Under the pieces are notes generated by a model that saw only the letters and a list, made by a program, of their open reading frames with translations, had not been told where the DNA came from and made no database searches. From the NCBI GenBank assembly GCA_965204575.1, contig OZ241993.1:1248001-1312000 (forward strand): 64,000 nt of DNA. Reading direction: 5' to 3'. Shown here piece after piece: positions 27,747 through 38,943 of the stretch; positions within the stretch are counted from its first letter, which is position 1; each line of letters begins with the position of its first letter. The translations under genes were made by a program, and so were the position numbers. The DNA is from an uncultured candidatus Porisulfidus sp. GTDB taxonomy: Bacteria; Pseudomonadota; Gammaproteobacteria; Poriferisulfidales; Poriferisulfidaceae.

Positions 27747-28946
27747 TTGAGCCGACACAGCCTTTTTACCTCCGAAGCCGTTTCCCGGGGACACCCGGAC
27801 AAAGTGTGCGATCAGATCTCGGATGCGGTGCTGGATGAGGCGCTGGCGCGGGATATCCATGCACGGGTTGCCGTGGAAACCCTGGTCAAGGATCAACACG
27901 TAATCCTGGCCGGCGAGCTGTCGCTGGCCCCGGGCAAAGAGCTTAAAAAGCCCGACTACGAGCAGATTGCCCGATCCGTCATCAAGGACATTGGTTACAC
28001 CAAGGCGCTGGGGGTCGGGTTTGATTCGACCGATTGCCAGGTGACCAACCACATCGGCATGCAGTCCCTGGATATCGGCAGGGGGGTCAGCAAAAAAAGG
28101 CAGGGCGCTGGAGACCAGGGCATCATCTTCGGTTTCGCGTGCGATGAAACCAGGACCCGGATGCCGGCCCCGATCCACTACGCGCATGAACTGATGCGCA
28201 AGCATGAGCGGGTCCGCAAGACGAAAGAGGGAAAAGACATATTGCGCCCGGACGCGAAAAGCCAGGTCACGTTCCGCTACGATGAAGAGGGGCACCCGGT
28301 CGCGGTCAGGACGGTGGTGCTGTCCACCCAGCACAGCAAAGACATCTCGCAAAAGAACCTGCGGGAATTCGTGCGCGAGACGATCATCCATCCGGTCATT
28401 CCGGAAAAAATGCGCGCGGGGAGATTCAAGGTCCTGATCAACCCGACCGGACGGTTCGTCACCGGGGGGCCGGTCGGCGACTGCGGCGTCACCGGACGCA
28501 AGATCATCGTCGACACCTATGGCGGCATGGCTCGCCACGGCGGCGGGGCATTCTCCGGCAAGGACCCGTCCAAGGTGGACCGCTCGGCCGCTTACGCGGC
28601 GCGCTACGTGGCCCGGCATGTGGTCGGCAGCGGGCTCGCCCGGCGCTGCGAGGTGCAACTGGCTTATGCGATCGGATGGCCCGAGCCGGTGTCGGTCCGG
28701 GCCGACACGTTCGGCACGGGCACGGTTTCCGAACGGCGGCTGGATGAAGTCTTGATGGAGGGCAAGATCTTCGACCTGTCGCCGGGCGGCATTATCAAAA
28801 TGCTCGGTCTGCTGGACAAGGGGCGCGGTTTTCGTTATCGGGATACGGCGAAGCACGGACACTTCGGGGACCCGAGAAAGGCATTTCCGTGGGAAAATGA
28901 GGAGCCGAAACGGCTGGATCAGCTGCGAAACGCGCTGGGAGTATAG
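27747..28946 (+). CDS. metK: S-adenosylmethionine synthetase
   Basis: [52 protein letters not shown]. Confidence 0.97.
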   Translation: MSRHSLFTSEAVSRGHPDKVCDQISDAVLDEALARDIHARVAVETLVKDQHVILAGELSLAPGKELKKPDYEQIARSVIKDIGYTKALGVGFDSTDCQVTNHIGMQSLDIGRGVSKKRQGAGDQGIIFGFACDETRTRMPAPIHYAHELMRKHERVRKTKEGKDILRPDAKSQVTFRYDEEGHPVAVRTVVLSTQHSKDISQKNLREFVRETIIHPVIPEKMRAGRFKVLINPTGRFVTGGPVGDCGVTGRKIIVDTYGGMARHGGGAFSGKDPSKVDRSAAYAARYVARHVVGSGLARRCEVQLAYAIGWPEPVSVRADTFGTGTVSERRLDEVLMEGKIFDLSPGGIIKMLGLLDKGRGFRYRDTAKHGHFGDPRKAFPWENEEPKRLDQLRNALGV

Positions 28947-28953
28947 TTAAATC

Positions 28954-30264
28954 ATGACCGAGCCCGCCACTCAGCTCCGCCCGGATCACCAGGTCGCCGA
29001 CTTGGGGTTGGCCGCCTGGGGCCACAAGGAGATCACGATCGCCCGCACCGAAATGCCCGGGTTGACCGCGCTGTGCGACAAACACAAGGGCAAGCAGCCG
29101 CTGGCGGGCGCCCGTATTGCGGGCTGCCTGCACATGACGATCCAGACCGCCGTGCTGATCGAGACCCTCGTGGCGCTCGGCGCCGAAGTGCGCTGGTCGT
29201 CCTGCAACATCTACTCGACCCAGGATCATGCCGCGGCCGCGGTCGCCGACCGGGGCATTCCGGTGTTCGCCTGGAAGGGGGAGACCGAGGAAGAATACGA
29301 GGAATGCATCCGCCGGACCATCGAGGGCCCGGACGGCTGGACCCCGAACCTGCTGCTGGACGACGGGGGCGACCTGACGCGCATGATGCACGACGAATAC
29401 CCGCAACTGCTCGAACAGGTGCGCGGGATCTCCGAAGAGACGACCACCGGCGTCAACCGCTTGTACACCATGTACGAGAAAGGGGAACTGAAGGTGCCGG
29501 CGATCAACGTGAACGACTCGGTCACCAAATCCAAGTTCGACAACACCTACGGTTGCCGCGAGTCCCTCCTCGACGGCCTCAAGCGGGCGACCGACGTGAT
29601 GATCGCGGGCAAGGTCTGCGTGGTCGCGGGGTACGGCGGGGTCGGAAAGGGCTGCGCCCAATCGCTGCGGGCGCAGGGCGCGATCGTATGGATCACGGAA
29701 GTGGACCCGATCTGTGCGCTGCAGGCGGCGATGGAAGGCCTGCCGGTGGTGACCATGGAGGAGGCTGCGCCGAAGGCCGACATCTTCGTCACCGCGACCG
29801 GCTGTCACCATGTGATCACCTTCGAGCACATGTGGCAGATGAAGAACGAGGCGATCGTCTGCAACATCGGGCACTTCGACAACGAGATCGATATCGCATC
29901 GCTGGACAATTACGCCTGGGAAGAGATCAAGCCGCAGGTCGACCACGTGACGTTCCCCGACGGCAAGCGCCTGATCGTGCTGGCCAAGGGGCGGCTGGTC
30001 AACCTGGGTTGCGCCACCGGGCATCCCAGTTTCGTGATGTCCTGCTCGTTCGCCAACCAGATACTGGCCCAGATCGAACTGTGGCAGCGTCCGGACGACT
30101 ACGAACTCGGCGTGCATACCCTGCCGAAGGACAAGGACGAAGAGGTGGCGCGCCTGCACCTGGACAAGCTGGGCGCCCGGCTGACCGCCCTGACGCCGGA
30201 ACAGGCGGAATACCTGGGCGTCGGCGTGGACGGGCCCTACAAGCCGGAGCACTACCGCTACTGA
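28954..30264 (+). CDS. ahcY: Adenosylhomocysteinase
   Basis: [49 protein letters not shown]. Confidence 0.98.
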   Translation: MTEPATQLRPDHQVADLGLAAWGHKEITIARTEMPGLTALCDKHKGKQPLAGARIAGCLHMTIQTAVLIETLVALGAEVRWSSCNIYSTQDHAAAAVADRGIPVFAWKGETEEEYEECIRRTIEGPDGWTPNLLLDDGGDLTRMMHDEYPQLLEQVRGISEETTTGVNRLYTMYEKGELKVPAINVNDSVTKSKFDNTYGCRESLLDGLKRATDVMIAGKVCVVAGYGGVGKGCAQSLRAQGAIVWITEVDPICALQAAMEGLPVVTMEEAAPKADIFVTATGCHHVITFEHMWQMKNEAIVCNIGHFDNEIDIASLDNYAWEEIKPQVDHVTFPDGKRLIVLAKGRLVNLGCATGHPSFVMSCSFANQILAQIELWQRPDDYELGVHTLPKDKDEEVARLHLDKLGARLTALTPEQAEYLGVGVDGPYKPEHYRY

Positions 30265-30291
30265 TGGCACGCAAGGCGTCGGGCCCGGTTC

Positions 30292-31248
30292 GTGGGTGAA
30301 CTGCGCCGCGTCGCCGTTGTCATGGATCCGCCGCAGCGGATCCAACCCGCCAAGGATTCGACCGTCGCCCTGATGCTGGCGGCGCAGGCGCGGGGCGCCG
30401 AAATCCACATCACGACCCCTTCCGACCTCTGCGGCGGCCCGGCCGGCGTGGATGCGCATGCCCGCAGGGTCCAGGTTGCCGACCAGGCCGACTGGTGGCA
30501 GGTCCGGGAGGAGGCCTCGGTCGCACTGACGGAGTTCGACGTGGTGCTGATGCGCAAGGACCCGCCGGTCGATATGGCGTACATCGCCGCCACCTGGTTG
30601 CTGGACCAGGTTCGCGCCGCAGGCGTCTGCGTGCTCAATGCCCCGGAGACGCTGCGCAACATGAACGAAAAACTCTCCATCGTGCAGTTCGCCGACTTGG
30701 CGCCGCCGTTGCTGGTGAGCGCGCGCCGGGACGACCTGGAGGGGTTCCTCGCGGAGTACAATGAGATGGTCATCAAGCCACTCGACCGTATGGGAGGAGC
30801 TTTGGTGTACCGCTTGCGCCGTGATGATGCCGACCTGGCTTCCATCATCGAGTCCGTCACGCACCAGGGGACCGTGCCGGTGATGGCGCAGCGCTTTCTT
30901 CCCGAAGTCACGGAAGGGGACCGCCGCCTGCTGCTGATCGACGGCGAGTTGATCCCGGACGTCGCCGTGCGCATTCCCAAGGCCGGTGAATTCCGCGCCA
31001 ACCTCGCCCAGGGCGGGACCCTGCGGGTCGAGCCCGCCAATGACCGCGACCGCGAGATCGCCGACCGCCTCGGGGCGCCCCTGCGGGACGCCGGGGTCTG
31101 CTTTGCCGGCGCGGACGTGGTCGGGGGATGGCTGACCGAAATCAACATCACGTCGCCGACCTGCATCCGGGAGGTGGAGGCGCACACCGGGCAGGCGGTG
31201 GCGATGCGCTTCTGGGATGCCGTGGCCGACCACTGGCTGGAGACCTGA
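30292..31248 (+). CDS. gshB: Glutathione synthetase
   Basis: MDP, KDST, MRKDPP, NEK, KPLD.MGG, R.NLA.GG, EINITSPTC. Confidence 0.96.
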   Translation: MGELRRVAVVMDPPQRIQPAKDSTVALMLAAQARGAEIHITTPSDLCGGPAGVDAHARRVQVADQADWWQVREEASVALTEFDVVLMRKDPPVDMAYIAATWLLDQVRAAGVCVLNAPETLRNMNEKLSIVQFADLAPPLLVSARRDDLEGFLAEYNEMVIKPLDRMGGALVYRLRRDDADLASIIESVTHQGTVPVMAQRFLPEVTEGDRRLLLIDGELIPDVAVRIPKAGEFRANLAQGGTLRVEPANDRDREIADRLGAPLRDAGVCFAGADVVGGWLTEINITSPTCIREVEAHTGQAVAMRFWDAVADHWLET

Positions 31249-31253
31249 CCCCC

Positions 31254-31835
31254 ATGCCGCCGCTGTTGCCCGCGGTTCCCGATTCCGAACGTTTGGCATT
31301 CTGCCTGTTCCTGGCGCTGGCGTTCCACGGCATGCTGGTATTGGGCGTGACGTTTTCGTCCGCACAGCCGGGAGCGAAACTGGATTTCGAGGTGTTCTGG
31401 GTCGAAGGCACGGGCCGGTCGGCCTCCGTGGCGGAGGCTGGAGAGGGATCACCGTGGCCTTCTTCCCCGACACCCGTCCCGACTTCGGCGAGAGGTCTGG
31501 ATGGAAAGATGCCGGAGGCGTATACTCTCGAACAGGAATATGTGCGCCAGTGGGTGGAACGCACGGAACACTTGGGGGGCGGCATGGTGCAGGGTCTTGA
31601 TGGAGAGGTCGTCGTGCATGTGGTGGTGAATGCGCAGGGCGGGGTTCGGCAGTTCGAAGCCGAACCGGGACCGAAGCCTCTGGCCGATGCCGCCCGCAGG
31701 ATCGTGATGAAATCGCAGCCGCACGCGCCGTTTTCCGAGGAACTTCGCCGGCACCGCGACCAGTTGCAGATCAGCCGCCGCTGGTTGTTCGGGGAGTCGG
31801 TCGGGCTGTACGCCGCGGAGCCGCCCCGCCCATGA
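31254..31835 (+). CDS. Short TonB-like protein
   Basis: N-terminal TM with conserved His (ALAFHG), short Pro-rich linker, TonB-C-like end (DAARRIV...PHAPF...I.R.W.F); gshB-tonB-algH synteny. Confidence 0.7.
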   Translation: MPPLLPAVPDSERLAFCLFLALAFHGMLVLGVTFSSAQPGAKLDFEVFWVEGTGRSASVAEAGEGSPWPSSPTPVPTSARGLDGKMPEAYTLEQEYVRQWVERTEHLGGGMVQGLDGEVVVHVVVNAQGGVRQFEAEPGPKPLADAARRIVMKSQPHAPFSEELRRHRDQLQISRRWLFGESVGLYAAEPPRP

Positions 31836-32389
31836 AGACCTTGCGCGGCCGGATGCTGGTGGCGGCCCCGGATCTGCAGGATTCGATGTTCCAGCGTTCC
31901 CTGATCCTGGTTTGCGAGCACGAGGAAGAGAAGGGCGCGATGGGTTTCATCGTGAACCATCCCTCGGAAATGACGCTGCACGATCTGCTCGTCGATATGA
32001 AGATTACGCCGGAGTCGAAGCAGGACCTCGCCCGGCCGGTCTTCCTCGGCGGCCCGGTGCAGCCGAACCTGGGTTTCGGGCTGTACTCGGGAACCTACGA
32101 AATGTTGGACAGCGCGGAGATCGACGACCGGGTCCGGGTCACGGCGTCCCGTTCCCTGCTGGAGCACTGCGCGGTCGGCAAGGGACCGGAGAACCTGCTG
32201 GTGACGATGGGCTATTCCGGTTGGTCCCCCGGGCAGCTGGAGCAGGAAGTGGATACCGGCTCGTGGTGGCTGACCTCGCCGTCGCCGGAGTTGCTGTTCG
32301 ACCTGCCCCCGGAGCGCCGCTGGGGCAAGGCGCTCGAGCAGTTGGGCCTGGAGGAGTCGTCCCTGTATTTCGGAAGCGGGCATGCCTGA
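31832..32389 (+). CDS. algH: YqgE/AlgH family protein
   Basis: LVA.P.L.D..F.RS, GAMG, GGPV, GYSGW..GQLEQE, GHA end. Confidence 0.93.
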   Translation: MKTLRGRMLVAAPDLQDSMFQRSLILVCEHEEEKGAMGFIVNHPSEMTLHDLLVDMKITPESKQDLARPVFLGGPVQPNLGFGLYSGTYEMLDSAEIDDRVRVTASRSLLEHCAVGKGPENLLVTMGYSGWSPGQLEQEVDTGSWWLTSPSPELLFDLPPERRWGKALEQLGLEESSLYFGSGHA

Positions 32390-32834
32390 CGCGTATAAGG
32401 TGGCCTTGGGATTTGATTTTGGATTGGCCCGGATTGGCGTGGCGGTGGGCTCCCTGGAGGTCGCGACCGCCCGCGGGCTGGACGTGGTCGCCAACCGCGA
32501 CGGTGCCGTCGACTGGCCGGAGATCGACCGCTTGATCCAGACCTGGCGCCCGAGCGTGCTGGTGGTGGGCGAGCCGGAGGCGCAGACCGGGTCCGGCGAC
32601 CGCTTGCCCCGCGCGCTGCGCCGGTTCTGCACCGAATTGGGGTCCCGCTACGAATTGCCGGTGGCCCGGGTCAACGAGGATTACTCTTCCGAGTGCGCCC
32701 GCGCCGAGTTGCGCGCACAGCGCCAGGAGGGGGCCCGGAAAAAGCTCGCGCGGGGTGAAACTGATAAGATGGCCGCCGCCTATATCCTGAATGCCTGGCT
32801 GTCGGAGCAGCATGTCATCGCACGAGAGGGTTGA
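32382..32834 (+). CDS. ruvX: YqgF/RuvX pre-16S rRNA nuclease
   Basis: LGFDFG..RIGVAVG, VVG.P, NE..SS, D..AA..IL. Confidence 0.9.
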   Translation: MPDAYKVALGFDFGLARIGVAVGSLEVATARGLDVVANRDGAVDWPEIDRLIQTWRPSVLVVGEPEAQTGSGDRLPRALRRFCTELGSRYELPVARVNEDYSSECARAELRAQRQEGARKKLARGETDKMAAAYILNAWLSEQHVIAREG

Positions 32835-33348
32835 CGTCGGTGCCGTACTCGCCCATCTCGGCGATTCTGTTAAATCCTTTCTGACCACCCGCGGAATCGG
32901 TTTGCCGGTTTTCGTCGGCATCCACACCGGCGGCGTGTGGGTGGCCGAGGCGCTGCACGCGCACTGTGCGGTCGCCGAGCCGCTGGGCATGCTGGACGTC
33001 AGTTACCACCGCGACGATGTCGCCCGCACCGGGGTGCGGCCGCTGAAGCCGGTCCGCATGCCGGCGTCGCTGGACGACCGGCATGTCCTGTTGATCGACG
33101 ACGTGCTGTTCACCGGCCGGACGACCCGCGCGGCACTCAACGAACTGTTCGAATACGGCCGTCCGGCCTCGGTTTCGCTGGCGGTGCTGGTGGAGCGGCC
33201 GGGGCGGGAGATTCCGGTGGCGCCGGACCTGGCTGGAATGCGCTTGGAACTGGGCCCGGAAGACCGGGTCAAGCTTCAGGGCCCGGAGCCCATGGAACTG
33301 GTGATTACGCGGCCCAACGACTCGTTGCTGGAAGAGCCCGGCCGGTGA
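32812..33348 (+). CDS. pyrR: PyrR (UPRTase-fold pyrimidine regulator)
   Basis: [30 protein letters not shown]. Confidence 0.92.
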   Translation: MSSHERVDVGAVLAHLGDSVKSFLTTRGIGLPVFVGIHTGGVWVAEALHAHCAVAEPLGMLDVSYHRDDVARTGVRPLKPVRMPASLDDRHVLLIDDVLFTGRTTRAALNELFEYGRPASVSLAVLVERPGREIPVAPDLAGMRLELGPEDRVKLQGPEPMELVITRPNDSLLEEPGR

Positions 33349-34340
33349 GTTCGACCCAGCCGACACTGTTTCGGTTGCCGCCTGCGGCGCAGTATCAGTT
33401 GGACGGGGAAGGGCGCTTGCGCCACTTCCTGACCATCGAGGGATTGCCGGTGGCGCTCCTGGAAGAGATCCTGAGTACCGCAGAGTCGTTCCATACGGCT
33501 TCGGACCAGACGGCGCGGAAGGTTCCGCTGCTCCGCGGCAAGACCATCGTCAACCTGTTCTTCGAGGCGAGCACCCGCACCCGCACCACGTTCGAACTCG
33601 CGGCCAAACGCCTGTCCGCCGACGTGCTCAACCTGGACATGGCCACCGCCGCCACGACCAAGGGCGAGAGCCTGCTGGACACCCTGCGCAACCTCGAGGC
33701 GATGCACTGCGACATGTTCGTGGTCCGCCATCACCAGAGCGGCGCGGCGCATTTCATCGTCCGCCACGTCGCCGAGCACATCAGCGTCATCAATGCGGGT
33801 GACGGCCGGCATGCGCACCCGACCCAGGCCATGCTCGACATGTTTACCTTGCGCCAGCATTTCCCGGATTTCAGCGCCATCGCGGTCGTGATCGTCGGCG
33901 ACATCCTGCATTCGCGGGTGGCGCGCTCCGAGATTCAGGCCTTGCGCACCTTGGGGGTCGGCGAGATCCGGGTGATCGCGCCGCGGACCCTGCTGCCGCG
34001 CGAGGCGACCAGCTTGGGTGTGATTCCGTTCAAGTCCATGGAGGAAGGCTTGGCCGGGGCGCAGGCGGTGATCATGCTGCGCCTGCAGAAGGAGCGGATG
34101 CACGGCAGTTTCGTGCCGAGCGAGGCTGAATATTACCGGTTTTACGGCTTGACCCGGGCACGGGTGGAGTTGCTGGCGGAGGACGGGATCGTGATGCATC
34201 CGGGTCCCGTCAACCGCGGGGTGGAAATCGAGTCGGCCGTGGTGGATGGGCCTCGCTCGGTAATCCTGAAACAGGTCCGGAACGGGATTGCGGTGCGCAT
34301 GGCGATCCTGTCCATGGCGATGCGGAGGCATGCCTGGTAA
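33345..34340 (+). CDS. pyrB: Aspartate carbamoyltransferase catalytic subunit
   Basis: [47 protein letters not shown]. Confidence 0.97.
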   Translation: MSSTQPTLFRLPPAAQYQLDGEGRLRHFLTIEGLPVALLEEILSTAESFHTASDQTARKVPLLRGKTIVNLFFEASTRTRTTFELAAKRLSADVLNLDMATAATTKGESLLDTLRNLEAMHCDMFVVRHHQSGAAHFIVRHVAEHISVINAGDGRHAHPTQAMLDMFTLRQHFPDFSAIAVVIVGDILHSRVARSEIQALRTLGVGEIRVIAPRTLLPREATSLGVIPFKSMEEGLAGAQAVIMLRLQKERMHGSFVPSEAEYYRFYGLTRARVELLAEDGIVMHPGPVNRGVEIESAVVDGPRSVILKQVRNGIAVRMAILSMAMRRHAW

Positions 34341-35623
34341 TGCGCCTGGCGGTACGCGGAGGATACGTTCTCGACCCGGCCGGCGGGACGGATGCGGTGC
34401 GCGACGTGTTCTGTGCCCGCGGGAAGATCGTCGGGCTGGGGACGGCGACGGAAGAGTTCGAGGCGGAACAGGTCGTGGATGCCCAAGGCTGCCTGGTGAT
34501 GCCGGGCGCGGTGGATCTTGCGGTCTGCCTCAACCCGATGGGCGAGCAGCGCGCCAGCGTGGAAAGCGAGACCCGGGCCGCGGTGGCGGGCGGCGTGACC
34601 ACGGTCTGCTCGGTGGCCGAGACGCAGCCGATCCCGGACTCGCCGGCAGCAGTGCGGCTGCTGATGGAGCAGGCGCAACAGGCCGGTTTCGCTCGGCTGG
34701 AAACCTTGGGCGCGGCCATGCACGGGCTGGGAGACACCCAGCTGGCCAGTCTGGGTGCGCTGCGCGAAGCGGGCTGTGTCGGGGTCAGCAACGGGACGCG
34801 GCCCTACGCCAACCTGCTGGTGCTGTGCCGGGCCATGGAGTATGCGGCGAGCCAGGACCTGACCCTGTTCTACCACCCTCTGGATCATGCCTTGGCGGGC
34901 CAGGGCTGCGCGCATGAAGGCACTTTTGCGGCCCGGCTGGGTCTGCCGGGGATCCTGCCGGCGGCGGAAACCGCCGCCCTGGCACAGATGACGGCCTTGG
35001 TGCAGGATACCGGCGCGCGGGTCCACTTCTGCCGCCTTTCCTGTGCGCAGGCGGTGGACATGCTGGAAATCGGGCGGCAGGCGGGATTGCCGGTGACGGC
35101 GGATGTGGCGGTGCATCAGTTGTTCCTGACGGAAGAGGCCGTGGAAGGGTTCGAGGTCAATGCGCTGGTCAGCCCGCCCCTGCGCACCGAACATGACCGG
35201 CAGCGTCTGCGCGAAGGCGTACGGGATGGAGTGATCCAGGCGATTTGCTCGGATCACCAGCCGCTGGACCCGGATTCGAAGATGGCGCCGTTTCCCGAGG
35301 CCCGGCCCGGCATCTCGGGGATTGAGACGTTGTTGCCGCTGACCATGGAGTTGGTGACCGAGGAGATCCTCACGCGGGCGACCGCGGTGGAACGGCTGAC
35401 GGCAGGCCCGGCCGAGATCCTGGGGCGCAACACGGGGACGTTGGCTGTCGGAGCACCGGCGGATCTTTGCGTGGTGCGGCTGGACAACCCTTGGACTTTT
35501 GACGTGGAAGCAATGCTGAGTGCGGGACGGAACACGCCGTTCGACGGCTGGCAGTTCCATGACCGGGTGCAGGCGACCATTTGCGGCGGCCGCATCGTCT
35601 ACGAGCGGGAAGGAGAGGCGTAA
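34340..35623 (+). CDS. Dihydroorotase-like protein, probably the inactive PyrC' scaffold
   Basis: Amidohydrolase fold (AGG.TT, PPLR, SDHQP, NTPF) but metal-binding DxHxH is replaced by DLAVC; follows pyrB as in Pseudomonas-type ATCase. Confidence 0.88.
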   Translation: MRLAVRGGYVLDPAGGTDAVRDVFCARGKIVGLGTATEEFEAEQVVDAQGCLVMPGAVDLAVCLNPMGEQRASVESETRAAVAGGVTTVCSVAETQPIPDSPAAVRLLMEQAQQAGFARLETLGAAMHGLGDTQLASLGALREAGCVGVSNGTRPYANLLVLCRAMEYAASQDLTLFYHPLDHALAGQGCAHEGTFAARLGLPGILPAAETAALAQMTALVQDTGARVHFCRLSCAQAVDMLEIGRQAGLPVTADVAVHQLFLTEEAVEGFEVNALVSPPLRTEHDRQRLREGVRDGVIQAICSDHQPLDPDSKMAPFPEARPGISGIETLLPLTMELVTEEILTRATAVERLTAGPAEILGRNTGTLAVGAPADLCVVRLDNPWTFDVEAMLSAGRNTPFDGWQFHDRVQATICGGRIVYEREGEA

Positions 35624-36507
35624 TGGAGGAATTCCGCAACGTCATCCACAGCCTTGACGCCCAGGTCGTCCAGGTGCGCCATCTGGAAGCGGATCAGCAC
35701 GCGCTGGTGATTAATGCGCCGGCGATCGCCGAATCCGCCACGCCGGGCAGTTTTGTTCACTTGGGTGTGCATGCCGAGCCACTCATGATGCGCCGCCCGC
35801 TTTCCATCCTGTGGAGCGACCCGGAGCGCGGGACGCTCGAGGTGCTGTACAAGGTGGTCGGAAAAGGGACGGAGGGACTGGCGCGTGTTCAGGAAGGCGA
35901 GACGCTGCCGGCGCTCGGTCCGATCGGGCGGGGGTTCCAGGTCGAACCGGACCGGGATCACCCCCTGTTGATCGGAGGCGGGGTTGGAATCCCGCCGATC
36001 CTGTTCCTGGCTCGCGAAATCAAGGAGCACACCGTGCCGCTGGTGGTGATGGGGTCGGAAATTCCCTTTCCATTTGCAAGCCGCCCCTCGACCATCCGGG
36101 TCCCGGGAATGCCGGACGGTGCCATCGCGGGCATGAGCCTGCTGGAGGACTGGGGAGTCGCTTCCCGCTTGTGTTCCACCCAGGGTTACGCCGGTTGCTA
36201 TGACGGCTATGTCGATGCGGCCGCCCGGATGTGGCTTGAGACCCAGACCCCGGAACAACGTGCGCGGGTCGCTGTCTATACCTGCGGGCCGGTGCCGATG
36301 CTGGAAGCGGTGGCCCGGCTGATGCAGGAGTTCGATGTGCCGTGCCAGGTCTGCATGGAGGAATACATGGCGTGCGCGGTGGGAGGGTGCGCGGGTTGCA
36401 CGGTTCCGGTGTTGGGTGAAAACGGTTGGGCCATGAAGCGGGTGTGCGTGGACGGTCCGGTGTTCGATGCGCAGGCGGTGTTTCCGGAGGAAGGTTGCCG
36501 CCTATAA
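35623..36507 (+). CDS. Dihydroorotate dehydrogenase electron-transfer subunit (PyrK-like)
   Basis: RRPLSI, GPIGRGF, GGGVGIPP, CGP.PML, EEYMAC..G.C.GC...C.DGPVF [2Fe-2S] motif. Confidence 0.9.
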   Translation: MEEFRNVIHSLDAQVVQVRHLEADQHALVINAPAIAESATPGSFVHLGVHAEPLMMRRPLSILWSDPERGTLEVLYKVVGKGTEGLARVQEGETLPALGPIGRGFQVEPDRDHPLLIGGGVGIPPILFLAREIKEHTVPLVVMGSEIPFPFASRPSTIRVPGMPDGAIAGMSLLEDWGVASRLCSTQGYAGCYDGYVDAAARMWLETQTPEQRARVAVYTCGPVPMLEAVARLMQEFDVPCQVCMEEYMACAVGGCAGCTVPVLGENGWAMKRVCVDGPVFDAQAVFPEEGCRL

Positions 36508-36550
36508 TGCGAGGTTTAGAGGTTTTGCCGCCATCGCGAGCGGAGAACAC

Positions 36551-37390
36551 ATGCCTGAAAGTGCACGAATCCTTCTGATCGGGGGCGGCAACATGGGCCG
36601 CTCGCTGGTGGGCGGCTTGATCCGTTCCGGCTGGGAAGCCGGCGACATCACGGTCTCCGATCCCGATCCGCAGTCCCACCAGGCGCTGGCCGCCAATTTC
36701 GGCCTGATGCAGCTGTACTACGAGAATTCGCTGGCCTACTCCCGGGCTTCCGCGGATATCGTGCTGTTCGCGACCAAGCCCGACAAGTTGCCGACGACCG
36801 CCACTGAACTGGCGCCCTGGATGGTGACGGATAATCCATTGCTAATCACCATTGCGGCCGGTGTGCGCGCGGACGACCTGGCACGTTGGACAGGGGGGCA
36901 TTGCCCGGTGGTGCGCGTCATGCCGAACACGCCGGCATTGGTCGGTGCCGGGATGAGCGCCTTGTATGCGCGGGAGGATGTTTCCGATGCCCAGCGTGCG
37001 CTTGCGGGCAGAATCATGGAGAGCGTCGGGAAGGTTCTCTGGGTGCAGGACGAGGCCCTGATGGATGCTGCGACTGCGGTTTCGGGTAGCGGGCCCGCCT
37101 ATTTCTTCCTGTTCATGCAGGCGATGATCGAGGGGGCATGCCGTATGGGGCTCGACGAAGTGCAGGCTCGCCTGCTGGTGCTGGAGACGGCTCGTGGAGC
37201 CCAGGAACTGGCGAGTGCCTCGGAGGACTCCCTGCAGGAGCTTTGCCGAAAGGTGACGTCCAAGGGCGGGACAACCGCAGCCGCCCTGAACGTGCTGGAA
37301 GGGGCAGGTTTTGAGGCCTTGATTCTCGATGCGCTTGAGGCCGCGCGCCGACGGGCCGAGGAACTGGGCGACGAAAACGGCCGGGCCTGA
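36551..37390 (+). CDS. proC: Pyrroline-5-carboxylate reductase
   Basis: IGGGNMG, RVMPNTP, TAVSGSGPAY, VTSKGGTT. Confidence 0.96.
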   Translation: MPESARILLIGGGNMGRSLVGGLIRSGWEAGDITVSDPDPQSHQALAANFGLMQLYYENSLAYSRASADIVLFATKPDKLPTTATELAPWMVTDNPLLITIAAGVRADDLARWTGGHCPVVRVMPNTPALVGAGMSALYAREDVSDAQRALAGRIMESVGKVLWVQDEALMDAATAVSGSGPAYFFLFMQAMIEGACRMGLDEVQARLLVLETARGAQELASASEDSLQELCRKVTSKGGTTAAALNVLEGAGFEALILDALEAARRRAEELGDENGRA

Positions 37391-37932
37391 TGGAAGACCT
37401 GATCCAATTCCTGTTGACTCTGTATCTGTACGGGATCCTAATTCGGTTGCTGCTCACGTTTCACCAAGCGGACTTTTACAACCCGATCTCGCAGGTGCTG
37501 GCGCGGGTGACCGATCCGGTGTACCAGCCGGTTCGACGCGTCGTGCCGTCGGCCCGGGGTTGGGACCTCGCCTTGCTTGCGATCGCATTGGTTCTGAAAT
37601 TAATCAGCCTCTACATCGGTGGGGCCATGGAAATAGGGGTTTCGGTCCTGGGCCTGGTGCTGTTCGCGTTGACCCAGATCGTCGGGATGATGCTGAACAT
37701 CTACCTGATCTCCCTGATCGTGGTGGTCATTGCCAGCTGGGTGCGGCTGTCGGCTGGCGCGGATCAGTTCCTAAGCTTGGTGCGCAGCCTGACGACCCCG
37801 ATGCTCATGCGGATTCGCGGGGTGCTGCCGGATACGGGAATACTGGACTTGTCCCCCATGGTGGCCTTGTTCGGGCTGTATTTCCTGCAGAGCGGGCTGC
37901 ATCAGATTGGCCGATGGGGGCTCGGGATCTGA
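37390..37932 (+). CDS. yggT: YggT family membrane protein
   Basis: ADFYNP.SQ...TDP, two YGGT repeats, LDLSP; follows proC. Confidence 0.9.
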   Translation: MEDLIQFLLTLYLYGILIRLLLTFHQADFYNPISQVLARVTDPVYQPVRRVVPSARGWDLALLAIALVLKLISLYIGGAMEIGVSVLGLVLFALTQIVGMMLNIYLISLIVVVIASWVRLSAGADQFLSLVRSLTTPMLMRIRGVLPDTGILDLSPMVALFGLYFLQSGLHQIGRWGLGI

Positions 37933-37957
37933 CCGGAAGGCTTGTGCTCTAAATGCG

Positions 37958-38938
37958 TTACCCGATGGAGCCCAACCAGTTGTAAAACAGTTGCCGGGAG
38001 ACATCCTTCCATGAGTGGCGCATCTCACATGCAAGCGCTTCCTCCGGAAATTCCTCGATCAACCCCGCATCTCCGCTTCTCGGCAGGGCATCCTCACGAA
38101 AGGCTCCCGCAAGGTCGGCTGCAGGATCGCTGAACGTGTTGTCTGGCAGGGGCGGGTAGCCCTCGCGCTCTTTGTTCAAGTAGCGCAGAACCTCGCGCTT
38201 GTACTCCTTCAGTAGGCTGACGGCTTCGTACTCGGGGTGCCCCTGGAAATAGAGCCGGCGACCGTCCGGCTCCACGGCCATCTGTACGCCGGGCACGGGT
38301 CCCGTAACCAGAACCTGCACGCCGCGTTCCCGAAGGTTCTCTTCCGGGACATCATTGAAGCGTGAATGCGGCATCTCGAAATGGCCCGGAAGATTGGCGA
38401 CCAGGGGGTGGTCGGGTTCGCAGACCGAATGATCGAAAATGCCCCAACGCTTGTGCGGCAGGTGGCGGCGGGCGACGCCATGAAAGATCAAGGCGGAAGC
38501 ATGTGCGGCAAGGCAGGAGCAGACCACCGGCAGGCGGCGATCGTCGGCCTGTTTCAGCACGGTGGCCAGACCGTCCCAAAAGGGCTCGCTCGTCAGGTCG
38601 GGCTTGGTGACGTTGGCTCCGGTAATAATCAAAGCGTCTAGGCCCGTGTTGCCGATCTCCGCGCAGTCCCGGTAGTACTGCTGGAGATGCTCGCGGCCTC
38701 CTTCCTCGCGGGGGATACCCTCGATCGTGAAGGGATGCACGGCGCAGAAACGTTCATCGTGGCTGTCCAGAAGTCGCAGAAACTGTCGCTCGGTCGCGGC
38801 CAGCGCGCGGTCCGGCATCATGTTGAGCAGGCCGACATTCAAACGGGTGGCATGTTCCGGGGTCTGCTCGGCAACCCGGGCGCCTTGTTCAGCAATCCGG
38901 TCCAGGCTGGGCAGGTCCTGCAGGCGAAGCAGGGGCAT
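37958..38938 (-). CDS. metA: Homoserine O-acyltransferase (MetA/HTS family)
   Basis: GLLNMMPD, TERQF.RL, DALIITGA, catalytic SCLA, PHSR.N, QGHPEY...SL.KEY.R. Confidence 0.88.
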   Translation of the reverse strand: MPLLRLQDLPSLDRIAEQGARVAEQTPEHATRLNVGLLNMMPDRALAATERQFLRLLDSHDERFCAVHPFTIEGIPREEGGREHLQQYYRDCAEIGNTGLDALIITGANVTKPDLTSEPFWDGLATVLKQADDRRLPVVCSCLAAHASALIFHGVARRHLPHKRWGIFDHSVCEPDHPLVANLPGHFEMPHSRFNDVPEENLRERGVQVLVTGPVPGVQMAVEPDGRRLYFQGHPEYEAVSLLKEYKREVLRYLNKEREGYPPLPDNTFSDPAADLAGAFREDALPRSGDAGLIEEFPEEALACEMRHSWKDVSRQLFYNWLGSIG

Positions 38939-38943
38939 GGGGG

